Part shown: piece by piece, positions 56,301 to 64,000 of the stretch
Layout of the letters: each line of letters opens with the position of its first letter
Position numbering within the stretch: the first letter of the stretch is position 1
NCBI GenBank assembly: GCA_000320545.1
Contig: ADNK01002407.1
Span: forward strand, 1 to 64,000
Length of the DNA: 64,000 bases
Origin: Bigelowiella natans CCMP2755
Lineage: Eukaryota > Protista > Cercozoa
Reading direction: 5' to 3'
The notes under the pieces: generated by a model
The model's database searches: none
What the model was told of the DNA's origin: nothing
The model's input: only the letters and a program-made list of their open reading frames with translations
Position numbers and translations under genes: made by a program

Positions 56301-57572
56301 TTGTTGTGAGGGAGCATTGCGATCGTCGATTGAAGTTCATCGAGAGTCACAGCTTTGCAGTCATTTGTCCACTTGCAGTCTTCCAGCCACGCTTTCGCAT
56401 TGCCTTCGCTGCACAACGCAGGTGGGAAGGCACCAAACACGGGTCTCCACGCGTCTTCGAAGGCTTCTCGGGAGAAGCGGGGGGGCACTTTGTCCCCCCG
56501 TCCACGTCTGGCCACCAGGGACCACACGCGACGCATGGATTGCGTGCTGGTGTCCCACTTCTGTTTCTTGTCGAACCAGTAGTCGCGCTGGACTTTCTGC
56601 ATGGTTTTCCACAACAGTTTCTTTGTCCGTTGCAGGTCTGCAGAGACCGCAGCAATTGAGTGCCCACGCAATTTGAGACGGTTGCGGAGTCTGGACTTGG
56701 CTTTGATCGCAGTCTTGATCCTTGTGAGCTTGGGGTTCCACCAGACACACTGACTGAACTTCCGGCAATGCCTGGGCTTTGTTGAACCCAGCACCCTCTT
56801 GCACACATCCATGGTCCGATGGAGCCAGGAGGCATGGGAAGAGTGTTCAGCTGCTTTGATGTCGGCAGTCAGGGCGTTCTGGAGCTTTTTCTTCAGGTGT
56901 GGAAGTCTGCCAAGTTTCGGTTTCCTCACAAACGCTGTCGGGGTGATTCCCACATCAACCATGCACTCCAAGACCGCGTGCCCTGAGGAGGACTCTTTGA
57001 CAGCAAAGGACGGAGTTGGGTTTCTTCCGCACGCAGGAAACCACACCACGTGATCAATGGTCGAGCTCACCTGTGCTCCTTTCCGTTCCACCACGTGGGT
57101 GGGTGCAGGATCCTGATCGTTCAGGATCGTGCAAGGAAGAAATTTCCCTTCCAGTGCGGCACGCCACTTCCGTCCCTTTTCAACTTTCAAGCGTTGGCAG
57201 TCCGTCTCAGGAGGTTGGATTGGGTCAAGAAGGCACGCATTCAGATCGCCACAGAGCAAAATGCCGGTGCAGTCTCCAAAGCGCGTGGCCACATCGTTGA
57301 GATCCAAAGTCAGGAGACGCAGGAATCTGTCAATTGTGGCCTTTGGGGGGTGCGTGGACGTTGCACAGGTGGAGGCATCCCTTTTGCAGGCGAATTCTGA
57401 TCCAACAGCACTCCACGCCCGCCTCACCCACTCTTCTCCACATTGGTTTGAGGGCTTCAAACTTGACTCCTTTTCTGATCAGGAAGCCGGTGCCTCCACC
57501 TCTGACGCTGTCAGGGCGGGGAAAACTGGTCACTTGCCAGTCGGGCGGAGACCGATGTTCCGTTCTTTCTGA
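53340..57572 (-). mobile_element. Degenerate non-LTR retrotransposon (LINE): APE endonuclease, RT, SAP-like motifs, C-terminal Cys/His knuckle; 5'-truncated
   Basis: APE motifs GGGTGFLI, NVHAP, LCGDLNA, STIDHV. RT motifs KAPGLDG, RPITLL, QGGF, FLDLKKAHDSV, GVPQGSVLAP, FADD, KCKVM, YLGV. C-terminal CLLC...QHLC. Several frameshifts. Confidence 0.93.
55682..56065. mobile_element. 384-bp TG..CA insertion with ~30-bp terminal inverted repeats nested in the LINE RT (solo LTR or Ginger-like MITE)
   Basis: Ends tgtggggactt..agtccctgtgcgtgca / tgcacgcacagggact..aagtccccaca. TSD CCAA at 55678-55681 and 56066-56069. Removing it restores LEHILW-RRIKKL. Confidence 0.85.
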
Positions 57573-58097
57573 GTGAAATCTTGTCCGATGAAATAATCAT
57601 TTCGTTTTTTTTTCACGATAAACTGAAAACATCTAAGAAATTGTTCCTGCTGACAAAAACATCAGAGAGTCCCTTGAGATAGCGGTGGGTCTTTGTGGAC
57701 GATGGCACAGATAGATGAAAGAATCCCCTGCATATATCTGAAATATACTTTCTAAAATTCACGTGGAAGAGATGGCGCATTATCTTTGCATCGAGATTCA
57801 TCGAGCGGAGATGCAAGCGGACGAAATCGCGTCTCACAACAAAAACAACAATAATCCAATGTTTTCGGGTGATGGACACACGAGAGATAAGAGAGATGAG
57901 AGATGAGAGATGAGAATATCTTCTCGGGCGTAGATCTGACAAATATTTATAGATATTTGTGGTGTATAATCTTCGATAATTTTGTTGATATTTCGCAACA
58001 ATTACAACAGCTGTAAACCAACATTTTCCACTAGAATCCCCGTCCAGGCTCAAGCTCCCCGCCCTCCTCGCTGTGGTGTTTTCCTCTGGTAGTAGCC

Positions 58098-58333
58098 ATG
58101 TCGGCGATCTCCGGGACCGCAGCGTCACTGAGCTACATCAAAATAGTGTTTAGAGGAGTGAGAAAGACGCTTGTGCTGCTGCCAATGACAAAGCCAGGAA
58201 CTATCCGGAAGCTGTTGAGATCTGTTTACCATTTGAAAGAAGACGTAGCTGCTCTGTATGATCCTAGACACGACACGGTACTTCTCGTATTGTTATCTTT
58301 ACTTTTCTGTTTCTCTCTTTCTCTTTCTCTCTC

Positions 58334-58374
<41 letters not shown>

Positions 58375-58391
58375 TCTCTTGTGTGTGTGGT

Positions 58392-58424
<33 letters not shown>

Positions 58425-58929
58425 CTCCCATCAAACGCTCATCCTATCTTACCGACTGCAACCTCACCTAATTAGTTGCTGTGCACACATCTTCCACGTA
58501 GATAATCCCCTTGCTACTTGTGCTGAGCGCCCCCTCCGCCTTCTCATCGATCTACGGGTTGGTGACAGAAAAGTCCGGAATTCGTCAATTCGAAGAGAAG
58601 CAGGTTGCTTTTATTTATGTACTTTTATTTATGTATTATAATAGAAATCCGCGTATGAAATCGCGTCATATAAAGCCTGGATGTCAAAACACTTTGTTTG
58701 AACCCTCAGGAGAAGACCTACTCGTCAAAGAAGAGAGCTTCGAGTGAAGAGTGCGTTATTTCAATACAGACGTTGAGCAATGATGGAAGAGAATGCATGA
58801 AGAAATATAAATCCTATTGCGCGAAACAAGATTCAAGATCAGCTGCCCAATTTTATTTTATCCCCCATTCGTCACCCCCCTTTCAAATTCCTGCGCGAAA
58901 ATGCACACAAGCACGCACACGTTCATTGC

Positions 58930-58974
<45 letters not shown>

Positions 58975-59830
58975 ATTTGTGCTATTAGTGTGTTTGAGTT
59001 GTACAATGTGTCATGTATGTTCCAAAACATTCTTCCGCGTAATAATTTCGGGTTTTTGCTCCTAACTTATGGACCTTGCGCTCCTGACACAGAATTCATG
59101 GTGCTTTCTACAACAGCCCGGTAGCAGATGCTCGCCACACACGTTAGTGTGAGAAATACTGTCTTGAGTACTTCCTCGTTCGAGTAGCTCACAACTCATT
59201 TCTCCCTTTTCTACCATCTCATTTTAATTCATTACATCAACCACATTGCGATGCCGTTGCAATAACTGTGGAATCCCTTTCAGAAGCTCCAAGAGAGGCC
59301 GACAACGCGCGGCGGCCAGAGAGCGGATTACAGCGAAAGGTACCGAGCGACTGTAGGACATTCCCTCGTAGCAATCGAAAGGTTTTTCACGTAGTTCTTC
59401 TTCGGGTTCTCCGATCTTGGCTGGCATTGGTTGTTACATCGGTTGCACGCGTTTGGGGGTCAGATAGGTGTGCACGGGGGAAAGAACAAGAAGTATATGA
59501 CTAGGAAGCATTAGGACTTTGAGTATTGTGTCGACGAAATCAATTGTTTGCTCAGTGGAAAGCGCTCGCTCGAGGCAATGGGAATCCGGCCGATGTCAAG
59601 GCGATCTGGTTCTTACAACACTTACAACAATTTAAGCCGAAATGGTTTTCAATAGCCAAAACACACACGCGCTCACACGCACGCACACGCACACACGCAC
59701 ACGTATACACACACGTACACACACGAAGCATTGCTGCGTTAAGTATAATATCCATTTATTTATTGATTCGTTTTTACGACAAATACTCAGTTCCCAATCC
59801 GAAGGGGCGCTTGCACCTATGATTTCTTCA
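58098..59830 (+). CDS. Hypothetical multi-exon protein, 3' end uncertain
   Basis: ATG exon MSAISG...YDPRHDT|GT, then IIPLLLVLSAP...FEEKQ|GT and further exons between microsatellite introns. Confidence 0.45.
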
Positions 59831-60959
59831 AAGCTGGGATTTCAACAGGCATTAAGCATTAATTGAGAGAATATACCGAATTTGGTCATTACCTGGAAAT
59901 TGGTGTTGTCGGAGCAAACGCAAAGCGTGCATGAATTTAACAGATACATCGTCGAAGAATCACACTCATCATGTTGCCGTACTTCGGCGCGACGATCAGT
60001 GAGATTGGGCAAAGGATTGTTTGAAAGCATTTGTGTTGTTGAACTGAATGTAATGATAGTTTTTCCAAAATAATGAGAACCACCGATTGTGGACATGGCA
60101 TTGTGATGCCGTACTAACTTAAAGCGCGCAAACTCGTTTAGTGAGAAGCAGCATGTGTTCCAGTATGGCAGTGTTCGCGCGAGATGCAGCAGCTAAGTCT
60201 AGGTGTGTTGCGTGTTGCAATAGTGCATGCGTATGCGTGCATACGCATGTGACATGTGCAGTATTTTGACATTCAATGTTGAGGAACAATGACCTGTCAA
60301 TTTTGCTTGTTTGCTCAAAATGGCAGCAGCTATGCATGCATGCATGGAAGCCACTACGATGACGACATCATAATCATGACATAACAACCATGTCGTTTTG
60401 TCAAGTTGTGCAATGAATCTAGTGAACACTAAGTGCGCACTGGTGCAGTTTTGCAGTCCATGGCAGTCAGGCACAGGGCAGTGTGTGTGCGCTGCCGCTT
60501 AGCTAATTCGCAGATGCATCAGGTGCGCAGTTGTTGAGACCCTACTGACGTCAATGTGATCCACGCTTTTGTCTTGTGCCTGCATCCCGCAGCGGTTACT
60601 TGCTGGCGTCCTTTTGCAGGTACACTGATGCATGTATGTCGTTGCTGTGCTGTGATCAGCATGATGATAGACATGCACCAGATTCTGTGCATGTTTCATT
60701 ACAAACTAGACAACATTTAGACTTTTTTGCATGTCACAGCTTTAAATGGTGCCTGCAATGACTTGCCAACACTAGAGACTTTGTTTCTCTTCAATGTGCT
60801 CAGAGTTCAGAAACATTTTTGGCCCCTTTTTCTTCTTTGATGAACCGTAATGATCCAGGGAGACTATTCCCGGTTTGCGTTTCCGCAAAGTGTCTTTCTT
60901 ATTCAGAGTTGTCGCGGTCATGCTGAAAGGCACAAAAGTCTTCTCCAGCGATTTGAATG

Positions 60960-62420
60960 TCACGATTTTGTCGGCTTGGAATTTGGTGTAGTCGATCCCT
61001 GTGTTTCGGTTACGAATACACGTTGTACAATGATGTCTTCCGGGTCTAAGTTGATCTCTGATGGCTCAACCTCCACTCCATTTGCAGTAACGACGAGGAT
61101 CTGTTCACAAATGATGAAAATGTGCAAAAGTGGTTAACACTGCTGCCCGCTAATTACTTATGTCGTTACAAAATACTACCCTGATGTAACCGAGGAGCGA
61201 AGTTCGCAGGTCTACAGAGCCGCTCAAGTTAAGGTGAAGTCTCGCCATGCAGTCTGTCAGGTCCACTGTGCTCCTTTGTTTGCGTGAGTGGTTGTGTTTG
61301 GTGTGTGTGTATGTGTGTGTGTCAGGGAGAGGGGGATAGTTGCTAATAGCAAACTGCAATAATGTGCATCATTGAAATGCGGAAAAATCAAACCAGAATA
61401 TGTACAAACCGAACGACATTGCTCTTCTCACAGCCCTCGCATTCTGAATTCCTCGCGAATACAGTCACCCGTCCAGCATAGTAAGGCGACGATACGGATG
61501 TATATGGACTTTCAAGTCCTATGAAAACTCTGATCGAGTAGGGTTGACCCAGGATAGTCTTGTGAACCTTCTTGAAGTAAAGAAGGTAGTAAACTTCACC
61601 TCGATTGGGCTTGTACTTCTTCAGCAGATACTCCTTGAAAAGGAGACTTTTCTCCTCTTTGGTTCTTCCCGGATTTGGGAGTTTGAAGTCATCGTAGGTG
61701 TATCCGAGTTTCTCAATGTCCCTCACTTGATCTGAGGTCCAGTATCCGTTGCTTGAACAGAAAGGTGCCAATCCCGTTTCCCCGGTGACGGTGGATCCAC
61801 GCCGCAAAACATATCGAGTTTTCCGGGTCAAGAACTTGAAGAGTTTTTGTGAAGAAAATTGATGGAATGCCATCCATCTGTGTGATGTCGTCTGCCCAGT
61901 CGAAGTACGGGAAGCGGGGCTTTTTAGAAGCAGTAAGCCATTTTACCTTCTCAGCCTTGTCCTCGCTCACGTTGTCAGCGATGATTTTAGCCTCTTTTCT
62001 GATTTCTTGTTCGATTAGAAGCATGTAAGCGCGATGCCATGTCGGGAAAAGAATGGATCCGTGGTGGCAATATCCTTTCCATGCAGTCTCCTTAGCTTCG
62101 CCTTCTATGGGATCTCCACTATAGCGCTTGTACGGCAATCCATGAATGCCTCCGATTTGATAGAATGAGCCTGAGAAAGTAAAAACGTCAATCTAAATTC
62201 GACATTAAATGGTTTGAACGCTACCCGGATCATCCGGATTCTTCGCCTTGATCGCATTGAAGCCATGACCAAAAAAATCCATTGATAGGGAAGGTCTCCA
62301 TCAAGACCAGAGCTTGATCGACGGATGTTGTGTCGGATTCCGACGTCCTTTGGTGGAGAAACAACGAGTGGTTCCTTGCCATCCATTGTCTTTTTGCCAG
62401 TCAGATTCTTCATTTTTGGT
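60960..62420 (-). pseudogene. Fungal-type tyrosinase (type-3 copper protein) pseudogene lacking the CuB site
   Basis: SFYQIGGIHGLPY, GYCHHGSILFPTWHRAY, RFPYFDWA (CuA region), TGLAPF, LGYTYDDF and a C-terminal domain (YSIRVFIG, CEGC, TVDLTDCM). Frameshift at ~61850 and no HxxxH...DPxFxxHH CuB segment. Confidence 0.85.
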
Positions 62421-64000
62421 GTGCTTCGTGCTTGGATTTTGTGTGCACCGCACTTGGGAAGAGCAACATCTTGCAGAAAACTTCGCATGTTCCCTCGACA
62501 AACACGGCAAAGCGACAACAAAATCCCCATGTCGTCGTGTGGACATTCAGCACCGAAACTTTGATTTGGTTCCAGTTGGTGCTGGAACTGCAGCTGGTGT
62601 GCTCTTTTCTTGCTCTGCTTTCCTTCGCTCATGGAATGTGGCCATTTGAATCTAGTGTTCGCGTCAAAATCGCTTTCTTCTGACACCGGACACCCAAAGA
62701 GAAACGCGATGCAATGCAAGAGAAAAGTGCTGCGAGTCATTGAACACCCGCAGCGTCCGGAGGAGGGGCCGGAGCGATTTGGACTCAAATGTGTTGTCAA
62801 GTGTGTTGTCAGATCTGTGAGAACACGCACGCGCGAAGTTCAATATTCGATCTTCGAGGAACATTGCTCCATGGATCAGGGATCTAAATCTAGAGATTCT
62901 CCCGCTGTTCCCTCTCCTCGGAGATCCACTGGAGATCGTCCAAACCCTCCATGATCCATGGGGCGGGGCATCCTTGTCGTCGCTCTCGCGGGCATTTTGG
63001 TGTCTAGCAAATCGTTTCGCGGAGGAAAAGGGTCGGATGCAATCTGATTAGATGCTAAATGCATCGTTGCCTTGACAGTGTTCTCACAACAGAGCAGAGG
63101 CGGAGCAGAGACTGTGCTTAGCACCCACGCTATCTGCCCTCCCCATCCCGCAAAGTTTGGTGCAAGTGATGGGATTTCATGGTGACCATGTGAACTTCGA
63201 CAAATCTGCTGCAGGGATGCGTTGGGCAGGACATGTTGGGTTGCGGTGCGACTGTATTTTAAATTTGTTTGATGATTTAGTCATAGCAAAGTTCATGCTG
63301 ACCTTCTGTTTCATGAGAGCACATCCCTCATGCGGAACACCTGAAGAGACGAGAAAGAACATGTTCATGTGATTTGAGTCTAGAGATCACACCTTTTGTT
63401 CTTGCAACAATCAAAAACCAGATGCAGATTGCACACACAATGAAATGATACCTGAAGAGACTTCAATGAATGCACTGCCTTGTGAAACCATCGAAGAAAA
63501 CAAAAATAACGTTGATCTTGTAGAAAATGAAATGTGTTTTTTTCTTACATTGCAATGAAAAGATATAGTGATCCTCGTTACGTCAACACGACGGTTTTTG
63601 GCTTTCTTCCTCACACGAATCTCTTCAGTGATATGAGAGCGTTGGTAAGTAAGCTGTTGCATGGCGAGGCTTTTCCAGGCCATGTGAGTAACGACAAGAA
63701 GCTTTTCTTAGATGCAATGCAGTCGGAATTCGGATACATTTTCGTATTTTGGGACATTCCTCAGCATCTCTGTGCCAAGAACTACAATAACCACGGTTTG
63801 TGCATTGACACATAGCATTCTAATCCATTCATAGCACAATCCCCTCCCCAAAGATCAACGTGTTCTAAATCTCCTTCTCAACTTGCCTATCTATGCTACC
63901 AAGAAAATTGCGGCCTGACAGCAGTCTTGAGGGACTTTGAATTGTCACACATTCAAGATAAGAGTTATGCGTTCCCCCCCTCCGCCCCACGGGAGCTTGC

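Noticed and set aside
43501-57572. Diversity-generating retroelement (RT near a variable repeat gene with adenine changes)
   Set aside because: The RT is an ordinary decayed LINE, there is no template/variable repeat pair, and the changes are context-specific transitions on both strands rather than A->N on one strand.
50536-57576. Many overlapping Cys/His-rich ORFs resembling metallothioneins or novel proteins (e.g. 50783-51259, 55683-56264)
   Set aside because: They are by-products of TA loss, which removes TAA/TAG stops and creates TGY/CAY codons.
50400-57590. CpG methylation decay or fungal RIP as the source of the TG/CA excess
   Set aside because: CpG remains common and TA is lost rather than gained. 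Tyr->His motif changes show TA was ancestral.

Overview
This is eukaryotic nuclear DNA from an intron-rich, flagellated protist. BBS8, a TTLL glutamylase and a NEK kinase are present, and the short GT-AG introns are packed with (TA)n/(CA)n/(GA)n microsatellites. The style resembles a chlorarachniophyte, but that is only a guess. Host genes are a DEP-PH-cNMP protein, a NEK2-like kinase, a trypsin-like protease, DPH4/DNAJC24, TTLL, BBS8 and ERH. Mobile or decayed DNA comprises a young full-length Ty3/Gypsy element (326-bp LTRs identical by eye, CCCA TSD), an old LINE with a nested TG..CA insertion, and ubiquitin-RING, WD40 and tyrosinase pseudogenes. Three things stand out. (1) A regional mutator has erased TpA (TA->TG/CA, i.e. 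A->G in 5'-TAH-3', sparing CTAG) from old repeats and pseudogenes. It has left intact genes and the young Gypsy alone, like a reverse-direction RIP genome defence. (2) A 6.8-kb ankyrin gene has an N-cap exon, 35 tandem phase-1 exon/intron cassettes (one ankyrin repeat each, variable at binding-surface positions) and a C-cap exon. It looks like a natural DARPin library, and its variants partly carry the same TA->TG/CA signature. (3) The Gypsy integrase ends in what looks like a degenerate Dam-like N6-adenine methyltransferase domain. All counts and alignments were done by eye.
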